Part shown: in pieces, positions 48,110-61,034 of the stretch
Layout of the letters: each line of letters starts with the position of its first letter
Position numbering within the stretch: the first letter of the stretch is position 1
Assembly: GCA_032718475.1 (NCBI GenBank)
Contig: JAUCBJ010003138.1
Span: forward strand, 1-64,000
Reading direction: 5' to 3'
Source: Nemertoderma westbladi
Lineage: Eukaryota > Animalia > Xenacoelomorpha
Length of the DNA stretch: 64,000 nucleotides
The notes under the pieces: model-generated
The model's input: the letters and a program-made list of their open reading frames with translations, nothing else
Database searches by the model: none
What the model was told of the DNA's origin: nothing
Program-made: the position numbers and the translations under genes

Positions 48110-49300
48110 TAATAGAGTAGGTAGAAGTTAGGTAGTAAGAGAGTTAGTTAGTTAGTTAGTTAGGAGGTACGTAGTACCATTAGTTAGTGGAGTTAGAGTA
48201 GTGAGAGGGTACGTAGTACCGTTAGAGAGTAAGAGTTAGAGGGTACGCAGTACCGTTAGAGAGTAGGAGTTAAGGGGTACGTAGTACGTTAGAGAGTTAG
48301 TAAGAGTAAGAGGGTACGTAGTACCGCTAGCTAGTAGAGAGAGCTAGAGTAGTAAGAGGGTACGTAGTACCGCTAGTTAGGAGTGTTAGTAGAGTAGTAG
48401 AATGGTTGTGGGCACCGTAAGCGCCACATAGAAAGTAGTAGCAGTAGAGGGTTGTGGGCACCGTAAGCGCCACGTAGTTAGAGTTAGTAGGGAATGCGCT
48501 GAACTTAGTGGGGCACGGGCGTGATGATGTGTTTGATGTAAGAGCAGGGTATGTTAATTAGAGTTAGTGGGAGTTAGAGGTTAGTAAGAGGGTACGTAGT
48601 ACCGGTTGTGGTTGTGGGCACCGTTAGCGCCACGTAGATAGAGGTAGAGTTAGTAAGAGGGTACGTAGTACCGGTTGTGGTTGTGGGCACCGTTAGCGCC
48701 ACGTAGAGAGTTAGTAGAGTTAGTTAGAGTTAGTAGTAGTTCACATAATTAACGTACCCACTCTGCCGGCATTCAGAGCGTCACGTGCAGGCGAGTGGAT
48801 GTAAAGGAAGTAAGTTAGAGATAGGGTAGAATAGTAGAGGGCACATAGGGTGCCAGGTAGTAGAGTTAGAGTGTTAGAGGTAGTAGAGAGGGCACATAGG
48901 GTGCCAGAGAGTGGAGTAGTAGAGAGGGCACATAGGGTGCCAAGTAGTAGGGTTAGAGTGTTAGAGAGGTAGTTGAGTAGTAGAAGGGCACAAAGGGTGC
49001 CAGATAGTAGAGTGGTTGTGGGCACCGCAAGCGCCACGTAGTTAGAAGAGTGGAGTAGAGTTAGTAGAGCTAGTTAGTAGAGTTAGCAGAGCTAGTGGAG
49101 TAGAGTTAGTAGAGCTAGTTAGCAGAGTTGGTAGACGCAGAGGAGTCAAGTAGAGTTAGTAGAAGTAGAAAGTTAGTAGGAGTTAGTTAGACTTAGTAGA
49201 GAGTTAGAGTCAGTAGAAAGTTAGAGGCTCTCAGTTAGAGCTAGAAGTGGTAAGAGTTAGTAGTTAGCAGAGTTAGTTAGATAGCTAGAGTTAGTAAGCA
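48110..49300. repeat. Purine-rich low-complexity and tandem-repeat region inside the LTR element
   Basis: Repeated AGAGGGTACGTAGTACCG, GTTGTGGGCACCGTAAGCGCCAC, AGAGGGCACATAGGGTGCC and GTTAGTAGA motifs. Confidence 0.8.
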
Positions 49301-49911
49301 GTAGGTAGATAGTACGATAGCACAGGGGTAGCATTAGAGATTAAAGCCTTAGGGAGTGACAAGAGAGTGGAGAGGTGATAGTGCGGGGTGCGGAGAGAGT
49401 GGTGTAAGTACTATAGTCATACAACCTTTCTCAATTAGCTACTGGGACTGGGGGGCTAAGTGACTATGGCACTAGGGACAAGACGCCAGACGATTTCACA
49501 TTTCCTGAGTGCGACGGCACGGAGGGGGGGTGAGATTCGTCAGAAGGGATAAGGTAGTCAAGGAGGGATGGAGTAATAGTGCGGAGTGCGAAGAGAGTGT
49601 GGGCGCAATTCAAGTGTGGGGGAGGAGAAGTGAGAGGAAGAGTGTGGGACGAGGAGGTCCGGGAGTATGCGAGAGTTGGAGTAGAGTGGTGAGAGTGTTG
49701 GGGAAACAAAAATTGTGTGAGAGAAGCGCACGATCGGCCCGACACGAAACGCCAGAGGGTAGCAATATCATACCCATAGGGAGCGGCCTGGAAAGCCGAC
49801 TCCGAAAAAATATACCCACCCCACACCCGATGCTAGATCGGGATCCAGCGGAATTGTAGCGCACTTTAGTTGGATGCTATCTTCTCACCAGGAAGATAGC
49901 ATGGGGGGGAG

Positions 49912-50440
49912 TGTTAGCTTATCCAATTCCGCTAACACAAACCCATAGAGTGAGCCATAAAGCAATATTGGGAGCACGAGGTTGATTACCAATCAACCTC
50001 GTGTCAGCCCAGTAAACGGGGACAATAGGCCCCAAAGGAGACACACACAATAGGGGTCAGGGGCCAAACCCCTAACCCAGAGAGTACAGGTGGAGTGAAC
50101 GGGAACACTCCACGGGGCGCCAACAAGGGTATCAACCAATCAGAGGGGGGCAAGGCATCGATTAGGTAGTAATTAGGCCAACCGTGCAATATAATCAGTA
50201 ACCTATTAATCAGTAATTCAGTTATCTCAGTGCAGTAGTGCTAGCATAGGTTAGTTAGTTTAGATAGGGGAGCACGGGACTTTTAGTTACCGTATCCCGC
50301 CTTCCACATATCTACATCTATATCTTATACCCATCAGTTATTATACACCGAACATCAGAACTCATTCACTGTTTCGTTTGCTCTTTATACACGGCGGGGA
50401 CGCGTAAACTAAATCGGGATCCCTCCTGGATCCCGTCACA
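49912..50440 (+). repeat. 3' LTR (529 bp)
   Basis: Preceded by GGGGGGGAG; followed by TSD TGTAT. Confidence 0.95.
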
Positions 50441-51179
50441 TGTATCAATATGAGGCTGATTTAGTTTATAGCAAAATGCTTCTTGAATACAAGCTATATT
50501 GGCGCTTTGGCGTTCTAATAATGAGAAAAAACTGTCAATAACGCAAGTAGAGAAATGTTGTTTATTTTCAAGATATTTTAGGCTCTTTTGCATCAAGGGG
50601 AAGAATATTTTAGGTCTTAATTTTGATCTCTGTTCTGCCAGTTCATCCATTATTGCGTTGTCACTTTTTGTATATATTATGTCTGGAAAGAATCCATCAT
50701 CTATTTCTGCTTGAGAATTGCTGACAACATTGGGATAGATCCTATCCAGGGGTCTGGAAGAACTGCCTGGTATAAATTCAGCTGCATCTCCACATAGGGG
50801 ATGAGTATGCTGTTTAATCAATTTAGGATCGGTATGAATAATTTGGTTTGTGGTAGGATGAGGGGAAATGACACTCTTATTTTGGGATAATATAGAGATG
50901 CTAGTCACCCTGCCCCTTGAGCTAGTGCAATCAGAATTTTCTAGGTTACCGGTACTATGTTTCTTAAGGTCGCTTGAGTTACTAATTATATCAAAATTAT
51001 TAGAGTTCACCAGAACTGGGTTTTTGGCTGTATGGATTCCCGGGCCTCCTTCCCAGTTCTGGTTAGTCTGACCTGGTAAAGTTCGTTTTATCCAAGTGAT
51101 GTCATCATCTGACAAATCCTCAACTAAGATTGGCGAATTTGACTCCCTTTTCCGTGTAGTCATCGACATCAACTCTCCA

Positions 51180-52080
51180 TGGGGTTTGCTCAGAGTCAAC
51201 CTCACTCCATCGGGTTCTCTCGGAGTCACCCTCACTTCATCGGGTTCGCTCGGAGTCGTCCTCGTTCCCGCGGGCTTGCTCGAAGTTGTCATCGTTACCG
51301 CGGATTCGCTTGGAGTTGTCCTCGTTCCATCGGGTTCGCTCGGAGTCATCCTCCCTCCGTCAGATTCGCGCAGAGTTAACCTCATTCCCGCGGGTTCGCT
51401 CAGAATCTTCCCCGTTCCCACGGGTTCATTCGGAGTCTTCCTCGTTCTGTCGGGTTCACTCTGAGTCATCCTCGCTCCTTTGAATTCGCTCGGAGTCGTC
51501 CTCGTTCCCCACGATTCGCTCGGCTCGGTTCTCACTCCGTCAGGTTTGCTCTGAGTCATCGTCAGTCCGTTGGGTTCGCTCAGAGTCGTCCTTGCTCCGT
51601 TGGGTTCGCTCAGGATCGACCTCACTCCGTCGGGCTCGCTCGGAGTCATCCTCAATTCATCGGGTTCGCTCGGAGTCATCCTCGATCCCACGGGTTCGGT
51701 CGGAGTCTTCCTCGTTCCGTCGGGTTCACTCTGAGTCATCCTCGCTCCTTTGAATTCGCTCGGAGTCGCCCTCGTTCCCACGGATTCACTAGGAGTCATT
51801 CTCACTCCGTCAGGTTTGCTCGGAGTCGTCATCAGTCCGTAGGGTTCGCTCAGAGTCGTCCTCGCTCCGTTGGGTTCGCTCAGGATCCTCCTCACTCCGT
51901 TGGGTTGACTGACCTGTCTGATGCCAAAATATTTGATCAGGCAAGAGGCAGCTTGGAGTCATCATCACTCCATTGGGTTTGCTCGGAGACAACCTCACTC
52001 CGTCGGGTTCGCTCAGAGTCATCCTCATAACATCAGGTTCGCTTGGAGTTGTCCTCATTCCTGCGGGTTCACTCGGAGTT
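51180..52080 (-). repeat. Coding 33-bp tandem repeat in the ORF1 N-terminus (RMTPSEPDG(V/T))
   Basis: Recurrent GGGTTCGCTCGGAGTC(A/G)TCCTC units with an 11-aa period. Confidence 0.9.
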
Positions 52081-53509
52081 GATCGTGGTACTGAGGTTTT
52101 ATCCTTGTGTTGGCGCCCCACACAGCGATGCTTTTCAGCATCACAGCCGTCTACAGGCCCGTGTCCGTGACTACGTATTGGATAGGTTCTAATAGGTAGT
52201 GGTCGCGTTTTTGGTGGTGGAGTTCTCTGCAGGGTCATGATTTCGGTGCGAACAGATTCCGTGATCCTGGATTCCGCAATAGATAATTACTGTTGAGGAA
52301 ACAATCAATAGCCAAGCAATCAATAAACAAATAAATAATGACAATAGAATAATATATAATTATTATTATTATTATCTTAATACGGTACAGCCAGAGGATC
52401 CTCAGAGTTACTGAGTTGGGCCTTAGAGGAAGATAGAAAGAAGCTCGTATCTATCTCGGGACAGTTAGACCGTTAGGCTTCATTAACGCAAGGGAAAGGA
52501 TATCCACGACGCATTAGGAAGCCCACATTATTTTCGCCCATCCATTCAAAAGCATGCCCAATTGCCTGAATGTGCCAACATCAGAGGAAGGTAAGACTTT
52601 GTTTGACGTCCTTGCCCGCCGTAAGACCTTAGATCAGGGTAAAGTGTGACGCCGTCCTGGGACGCCGTAAAATTTAGGATTAAATATCTCAGATTCAGAC
52701 AGGTAAAAACCGGGTCAACCTGTATCTCCTACAGGTGCGAGCTGTTGCTGTTCGTCAGTACGCGCAAGTACACTTAGGTGCGAATAGCATGCTCTATAAT
52801 TTGGTGATTTGCAGTACTGACATTACAGTAACGGTTAGCTTTGTAGGCCTTATAGTTTGACTGACCTGTCTGATGCCAAAATATTTGATCAGGCAAGAGG
52901 CAGCTTTCTGCTAACGGCACATGTTTGGCCTAGGGAGGTTTACTAACATCCTACCGCGCCCTTGCTACGCACTGATAGGTATTTACTGCTAACCATCGCA
53001 GTAACAAAGTTCTAGAACAAATTTGTATACCAGATCAGCTAGACGTACGGTAGTAAATTAACACCTATTTCCTTATCTCACAATCAGAATCCGGTATTAG
53101 TGCCGATCACGGGTGTAGTTACTACCACAGTAATTGCCCTGTTGAGTTGTGGATGAAGGAGGAGAGAGCCCTTTTGACGTCAGTTTGTAAATATTGCGTC
53201 TACAGCGTGCTACTAGCTTATTTCGAGTAACTAGCGCCCGGTATTGTTATTTTGATTAAAATCACTAAAACCTAGTATAACGGCGATACACCAAAATTGT
53301 TTTATTCGTAACACACACACACACACGCGTCTTGAGATCCACTAGCTACTGACTTTCAGTAAGAGTATTTTTTTATTTGATGAGATATTTAGTATTTGTT
53401 TTATTCAGGCATTTAGGAGCACCCCTATTGACTGCTACTTTCCTGTCGGCAGTATTGTTTTACGCTAGTTCTGTTGACCCACTAGCTCGTATATAACCAT
53501 ATAAATTCC

Positions 53510-55323
53510 GAACGGGCTATTGGTTGGCTAACAGTAGCTCCAGTGGCGCGCCACCAATTCGATTTGTCTGCTAATGAGTTCCGGGATGGCCTATCCCTTA
53601 GGTATGAACGACCTTTGGCGACAAGTGTGTTATATTAGTAAAAAATAAAAATAGTACTTTAATTTTTTTAATTTTTTTTTAAATTGTTCTAGAACAAAAA
53701 TTTTTTTTTCTAGAACATATATATATATTTTTTTAATAGCTAACATGTTCTAGAACATGTTCATAAAAAGAAATAGCAAAAACTAGCTAGTAAAAAAAAA
53801 TTGAGGGGGGGGTGTTATTAAACCCGGGGGGGGGGGTCAATATGACCCCCCCCCCGTGGTTTTTTTATTATAATTCTGAAACAAACGCAGTTGGGAATCT
53901 GAAACTTTATGACTTTTCCTAAAAATCTATTGTCTTCATGGTAGTGAAAACCGTTTTCAAAAATATTGGGTACTTTTCGAGTTATAGCACCATTTTTTAA
54001 CCCTACTTTTGGCACTTTTTTTGAGACGTTTTTTGAAAATGACATTTCATTAAATATGAATTGTAACATCTCTATTTTTTATTTACACCTGTTTTTTGCT
54101 GTTAGAAATTGGATGGAATTCCTATAAATTGATTTAGAAATTTCAAACTTGTTTTTTTCGATGGGTGCCAAATTCTGGTGCCAGCACCATATTTTGAAAT
54201 AAGTCAATTTTGTAAATTGATTGTTTGAAACTTGTTTTTTACGCAATTGGGGTTTTTTGGAGTTCTGGATTCGATGAAATATATACGAGTTGCACCAAGC
54301 GTATCAAACTTGTATTTTTCGGTGCTGTGTGCAAATTTTGGTGCTAGAAAGAAATTTTGAAAATCCATTCAATAGATAAAATTGCTTGTGACAATTTATT
54401 TCTTGCGTTTTAACGGTTTATGGCTGTTCTGAATTCAATGGAAAATATAATTATCGAACTAGACATCTCAAACTTGTATTTTCCGGATGTGGATGCAAAA
54501 TGTGGTGCTCGCACAAAATTTTGAAAACCATCAAATATATCAATTGATTGTGTCACCTTGTTTCTTGCGTTATACGGGTTTGTGATGGTTCTGAATTCAA
54601 TGGAATCGGTAAAAATTTCATAAGAGTTCTCAAACTTGTATTTTTCGCCGGTGGGTGAAATTTGTTGTGCCAGCACCAAATTTTGGAAAATATGCAAAAT
54701 GTTAAGTAGATAGTATCACCTTGTTTCTTGCGTTATACGGGTTTATGAGGGTCCTGAATCCGATGGAATCAATAAAAACAGCACTGGACATCGCAAACTT
54801 GTACTTTTTGGTGATGGGTACGAAATTTGGTGCTACAGTAGCACCAAAATTTGCCAAATTACGCCGAAAAATACAAGTAGCAATGATCTGGCATATTAGA
54901 AATGTATTCCATTAGAATCAGCGCCCTCGAAAACCTGAAAATGTGAATTTATAGCATCGTATAAGTGAATTAAAAATTTTGTGTTCTAACTAAAAAGTGC
55001 TGGTTACTTGTTTTTTTCATTTTTTTCCTACGCAGAGAGGACTAAACAGCCATTTATAGTAATCATATCATTTTTAAATATTTTCCAATGTATTTTGCAC
55101 CCCAGAAATGTATTGAAAAGTAATTAGCCGAAAACGTAACTTTCAAATTTTGTGAAAATTGTGCACTACTTGTAATTTTGGTGCTGCAATATAACCACCC
55201 CAGTACATTTTTTCGAAAATTTTTTTTCGGTCGGATCCAGACAATTGATACCTACTTACAAACAAGACGTTTTCGTAAATATTTGTAGATTTTAGAGGGG
55301 GGGGGGGGGGGGGGTCAATATGG

Positions 55324-55362
<39 letters not shown>

Positions 55363-56195
55363 ACGGTATTTGTACAACATTTTATAGCCCGGTACTAATA
55401 GGGTTAAGTTTAGCTTTCCCTGAATCTTGCATATCACGGGAACCGGTAATCGGGGAGGCCAACGAGGAAAGTGGTGTGGAGGGTTTGCGCGCTGACCTCT
55501 CAGTGAGGGGTTACTGGCAGCCACAGAGGCGGGCATTGTTCGATGTGCGGGTCGTTTACCCTGATGCCCCCTCATATGTGGCACGTCCTGTAGCCTCTTT
55601 CCTACTAGACGCGGAAACTCAGAAGAAAAACAAGTACCATGATGCATGTGCTCTCCGACCATCAGATTTTACCCCGCTGGTTGCTACAGTAGACGGTGTA
55701 TTCGCTCCTGAGTACTCAATGACGGTGAGGAGGCTATCAGAGAGACTGGCTACTAAATGGGCGAAGCCATATAGCTGTATCATAGGGTGGGTGAGGGCGC
55801 GGCTTTCGTTTGGTATCCTAAGGGCGACTTGTGCCTGCTTCAGGGCATCACGCACCAAGTGGAGGTGTGTGGGAGTTGAGGATGGCGCTGAGATTCCATT
55901 GGGTATCTAAGGAGACCCCGATGAGTGCTGACGAGACAGCATAGTAACTGTAGAGAACGACTTATCCCATGTAACACAACATACACTAACTTATTTGAGG
56001 TGATATACCGTCTGAATTGCTTTTCAAGCAAGCAAGTATTAATAAATAATAGTTAATATTATGTACTAATAATATAAAATGTTCCAAATCAAAAGGATAC
56101 GCCTCAACTTGGGAAGTTTGAAAATTATATAATATTTCGCTTTTAATATTTACAAAAAGGGAAAATTCAATTTTATGCCCAATCACCGAGAACCT
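53510..56195 (+). mobile_element. Second CRE-like fragment (53510-53612 and 55404-56195), interrupted
   Basis: Near-identical to 25190-25298 and 25428-26170; the endonuclease segment is open in ORF 55320-55910. Confidence 0.82.
53820..55403. mobile_element. piggyBac-like non-autonomous DNA transposon, left end not intact
   Basis: Right end ..AGGG|TTAA joins the CRE sequence at the TTAA that is uninterrupted at ~25428; G(n)TCAATATG(G)AC(n) palindromic subterminal motifs at ~53826 and ~55297. Confidence 0.7.
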
Positions 56196-57209
56196 AAATT
56201 TTATACATGAATATTTTTAAATGTATCTTTATTAAGTGTTTTATAGCGCTTATTTCTGTCTTATCGCATCTTCTTTGCCGAATCGCGACTGTTGCCGAAA
56301 CACAACTTTTTAGCCGAATAGCACCTTTTTGTCGAATCGCGACTTTTTTCCGAAACGCACTTTTTTTGCCGAAACGCAACTTTCTTTGCCGAAATGCGAC
56401 TGTTGCCGAAACGCGACGACACTTTTCAATATGAAATTAGCGCTTTATAATGGTAGCGATGGGTATTTGATTCTGAGAGAGCCGTAGATGCATCATAAAT
56501 GTGCACATCGTTCTATACATGCTTTCTTCATTTGTGCCTCATACTGCCCCATGTAGGGAGGAGCCTTTGTATAACAGGCGCGCTTAGTAACTCAAGCCGG
56601 AAGGGAAACCTACAGTATACCATTGCGTGTAAGCGAGTTAACACATGTGTTTGATGTAAAAATAATTTGATATAATCGTAATACATTCCTATCAGCCATT
56701 GAAACCAGCGTCTCTTATACTGTAGCTGGTTTTACTTTGTTCGTGGCTCCATATATCTGAAAATACGAGATAATTTTATATAATTGCAACGCATTGCATC
56801 ATACGTCAAGCACAGTTACAAGTTGACTATCCATTGTACGACTGCACATTTAAACGTGGTCTAATCTTATTGGATAACGTGTTCAAGGATTAACAAACCC
56901 ACGTAGCATTTTGACGAGGCCGCATTCCATTGGAGCAACTACTGTAGTAAGTTTCCGAAGGTATGACGTCAAATAATGTTTTTTCATGAATTATGCTACC
57001 CCACCTTGGTTTGGGCTCTACAGTAACTGCAGAGGATACCAAATCTCTGGATGGCACATTCACAAGAATGCTATGATGCCGTGTTCATTTTGTCAAGTAC
57101 AATGAATACATTTATAGGAAGGGATCTAGCGGTCGTGTTGCACTTAACTACTGAACCTTCCCTGCAAAGCGGAGACGGCTCCGCCCGCTCAAGGTTAAAG
57201 CTTGGGGAA

Positions 57210-58043
57210 CGACCTAACACAGTCGAACACACCCCAACACACTCCAAAAACTGCCGAACACAATTGAACACAGTCGAAAATATAAAGAGCACAAAAAAAT
57301 AACACCAGCTACCAACTTTTAGATATAATTAGCCACGCGTTGCCTTTCTATCAGTAAATTCCCGAAATTATTGAATAAAATCGTCGCGAAATTAAATATT
57401 CATTTCGTTTATTTCTTATAGCCTAAGCCTACAACTAATTTAACCGAGTAGTAGGCCTAAGTTAAGTGTGGTTAACACCTGGCCAGAGATCACTACCGTA
57501 CCGGTGCGCGGTGCGGTACCTGCCAGGGTAGGTACCTACCCGGAACCCAGCTCTTTATATTCCAGTTCAGCAGTAGGCCTGGTACATATGTTGTACCGAT
57601 ACCGTACGTCATGTACTGTACGTACGGTAAGCGGTTGTAGGCCTAACTTCCTCCCTTCAGTCCTAGTCCAAGCTATTCCAGCAGGCCTACACAGCCAAAC
57701 ATGCCTATTAGCTAACCCGCTATAACTATATATGTGACAGGTACCCGGTAGCGTATGCTTCCCTACATAGTTTGTTGTACAGCACAGCAGTACACAACAA
57801 ATAAAGTTAATACCTGATACCATCAGCTGATCTGATAAGAAATTAATATTTAATTTCGCGACAATTTTATTAAATAATAACGGGGATTTACTTATAGAAT
57901 AGCAACGCGTCGGCTAATTTTATCTAAAAGTTGATACCCGATGTTTTTTTTGTGCTCTTTCTATTTTCGACTGTGTTCGGCAGTTTTTGGAGTGTGTTTG
58001 GGTGTGTTCTACTGTGTTGGGTCGTGTTGCTCTTTAAGTACCT
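57210..58043. mobile_element. Foldback/MITE with ~200-bp imperfect TIRs, between RTE-like fragments (57030-57105 and 58045-58325)
   Basis: 57210-57400 is the imperfect reverse complement of 57845-58025; both flanks align to the RTE copy at 27655-28070. Confidence 0.75.
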
Positions 58044-59087
58044 TCCGCTTTCCAGGACATTGCTTTCGCCGCCGTGAGGACCAGCCAGTGCATAACCTTG
58101 TACTTTGGCAGCCTCATGGGGTGAATAAGCATGGTGGACAGCCCATGACATTCTTGAGACGCATTTTAAAGGACACTGGTCTTGAAGATGCGGATGATCT
58201 AGCAAATGTCATGGGTGGAAGGGAGTTGTGGCGGCGCAATTTTGTCGACAAGCCGGCACAGCATTCTCAATATATACAGTACAATACGGCTGCAATGCAG
58301 CATGCCGATAGTGGTAAGTACAGTAGTATAAAGACATTAAATTTCTACTTGGAAAACCCATATATAAACATAATAACAATCAGCGTAAGTTGCGAAGAAC
58401 TTAAAAACAAAAAAATTTAATCAGAATCGACAATTTACATTTAAAATATTATATATGATTAAACGAGTTATAAGGCATAACAATTATTACTAAATTATAA
58501 ACAATTAGGTACACAAGAGTCTTGTATGATTGTATGGTTGATTATATTTTAGACAATAAGCACAAATTATCTTATGCATAAAATCATAACATAAAGAGTA
58601 GTAATTCCCATAATATTGCAATAACAACCAAAAAGTACAACTATTAAGCACTAATAATAATAAATATATAAGTAATAATAGTAATAGTAATAATATAAAT
58701 AATAATAAATAATTTTATAAAATTAGGCACTGTAGGCAGCGGCTTATTTTGGCTATATCTTCGTGATTTTTGATCGTAGAGAGCTGGTTTTGGGCTCATT
58801 CTGTTCGGAAAATAACAATTTAATTCAAATCCACTTCCAATTTTCTAATCTTATTATTTTTTCTCATTCAAAAACGTTGTGAATAAAATACATCTTTTTC
58901 AAAATTATATTTCAACATTCGAGATTTTGCACTCTAATAGAGCAAAACATGCATGCTGGTTTAGAGCTTTAGAGCTTTTTATTTAGGGGCATTTTCTATA
59001 ATTACATCTCAAATGCATCCAAATCTTTGTTTGTGGATGCATTTTAAATACTTATGGTCTAAAACTTTGGGTATGTAAAATAATTAG

Positions 59088-59189
59088 ACAATAGGCAAAT
59101 GTGTAACAATAGGCAAATGTGTAACAATAGGCAAATGTGTAACAATTGGCAAATGTGTAACAATAGGCAAATGTGTAACAATAGGCAAA
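59088..59189. repeat. 18-bp tandem repeat, ~5.5 copies
   Basis: ACAATAGGCAAATGTGTA. Confidence 0.95.
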
Positions 59190-60585
59190 GATTTTAAGGC
59201 ATTCACATAACTATAGAAAATATATCAATATTATGTGAAAAGTATGCTAGAATTTGTAGCATTGGGTATTACTATTTAGGTATGTAGGAAACTATTAAGA
59301 TAAGTAAAGCAAAAAGAAACACAATCCAAAAATTAGCTTGTAGATTCCACAGCAAATACAACTACTGTAACTATCAACGGTTCCTGGTGTAAAAATTTAT
59401 TTAGTATAAAAAATAATTATTATTTAGATATTTGAAGCATAATAATAATAAATATTAATTTAAATTAAATTAAATATTGTTTATACAGAAACCAGGAGGA
59501 AGTATAAATTGTGTTCCAGCGAGCAGTTATACAGTATGATATGTGTAATAAAATAAAACACATACTGTAATATGACAAATTGAAATTAATTTATTAAATA
59601 TTTATTTTACAAAAAGAAAGAAACATTTTATTGTCCGACATTTTACTGTAATTCAGAATTTTGAGGAATAGTAAGAGCCTATTTTTTCGAGGCCGAGAAA
59701 AAATGCATGAATTGTTTTTGATAAAATTTTTTTAAACCAAAATAAATTTAATACTAAAACCCTAAGCCTACAGTACATCATTTAAATCAACTATAATTTC
59801 GTTCATTTACCAATAGCCTTGCCGGAATATTGTAAAAACCTCAGCAATTCCATAAAACTGTAATCGTTATTCTAATATACTACTGTTTGTGAGAGGTAGG
59901 CCTATGTCTTAAATGTTGTTCTTGATATGATATAAAGAAATATTATTGTGGTACGGCTATAGTATACCGGGGTATCGACTGTACATTGTTATTGGCACCA
60001 AAATAAATGTAAATTATTTAAATTAATAAAGCGCGTTTTATCAAACATTACAAATTTTGCACTGTTATATTTTCCGAGAAAAAAAATACGTAAAACGATG
60101 GCAAGTTAGGGGGGGGGGGGGGGGGGGGTGGGGTAGCACCACCCCCCCCCCCCCCCCCCCCTATTTTGGAAATTATCAAAAAAACATCATCTACCGTCAA
60201 ACTATCATGTACCGTCAAATCAAAATGTGAGGTTCCACTACACTCCCCCCCCCCCCCCTCCCCCGAGAAATCCATAGGTACAAGTTGGGAACGTTGATGC
60301 TCAAAACGTTTAAATTATATTACTTAAAGAATTCTAAGAGCTTAATAAATAATCTAAGTTATTTATAGCGAAACTCTGAAACACAGTTTATGCAAAAAAT
60401 TATAAATTAAAAGATTATACACATTAAATTGACGTCACTATTATTTATAACAAGACATTTTACATTCAATTTATAATAACAATAATAAATATCATATGGC
60501 AACAATTGAATAATAATTTAATATAAAAATAATTTATTTAATTTAAATCTATTGATATTCAATAAAATTGCGGAACGAAGTTGGT

Positions 60586-60682
60586 GAAGTAAGTAAATCA
60601 CTTTGCTGCGAAGTAAGTAAATCACTTTGCTGCGAAGTAAGTAAATCACTTTGCTGCGAAGTAAGTAAATCACTTTGCTGCG
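60586..60682. repeat. 24-bp tandem repeat, 4 copies
   Basis: GAAGTAAGTAAATCACTTTGCTGC. Confidence 0.95.
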
Positions 60683-61034
60683 CCACTAAAATAAAAGAAG
60701 TAGAGAAGTAAATATACTATAATATAATAAATAAACGCGAAATTTAATTCAAAGTCAGATTACGTATAATAGAAGGTTACTTAGGCCTACTTTAATTAAA
60801 AAAAATTATTCACAGCATATAAGACACTATTTTATATTATATTTATATCTTTAGTTAAAACGCAAGTAGATGAGTTCGGTACATCATCAACCTCATACGT
60901 CACAAACAAATCTGGACTCACATTATTGTCTAAACCATCCTTGTGATCTTCCTTGCAGCAATTCCTTAAAAAATAAATAATATATATGGTTTAGTTGGAG
61001 ATGGAAATCGTTCTATATTATTAGATTACAGTAC

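Larger units (their letters stand above)
43788..50440 (+). mobile_element. Non-autonomous BEL/Pao-like LTR retrotransposon (gag-like sequence only)
   Basis: TG..CA LTRs at 43788-44328 and 49912-50440, 5-bp TSD TGTAT, polypurine tract before the 3' LTR; BEL-type gag features VKPEDSVSSV and CQLH..H..C / GLCHRC..GH..C; no RT, RNase H or protease motifs seen. Confidence 0.88.
41389..52238 (-). pseudogene. LINE ORF1 (reconstructed ~1382 aa: 11-aa repeats, Ulp1/SENP-like C48 protease, coiled coil, RRM-like domain), interrupted by an LTR element and a small insertion
   Basis: Removing 43783-50440 (element plus one TSD) joins ..PHIDT to AATARYITSYHDIAVVPLIF in frame. Protease motifs NHFLL, TLDSL, GQTNDFDCG; RRM-like TIYVEGLP..LNPSWWPG; start MTLQRTPPP at 52238. 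Confidence 0.82.

Noticed and set aside
55143-55400. Poly-Pro or poly-Gly N-termini on ORFs
   Set aside because: They come from G/C homopolymers in the DNA-transposon terminus.
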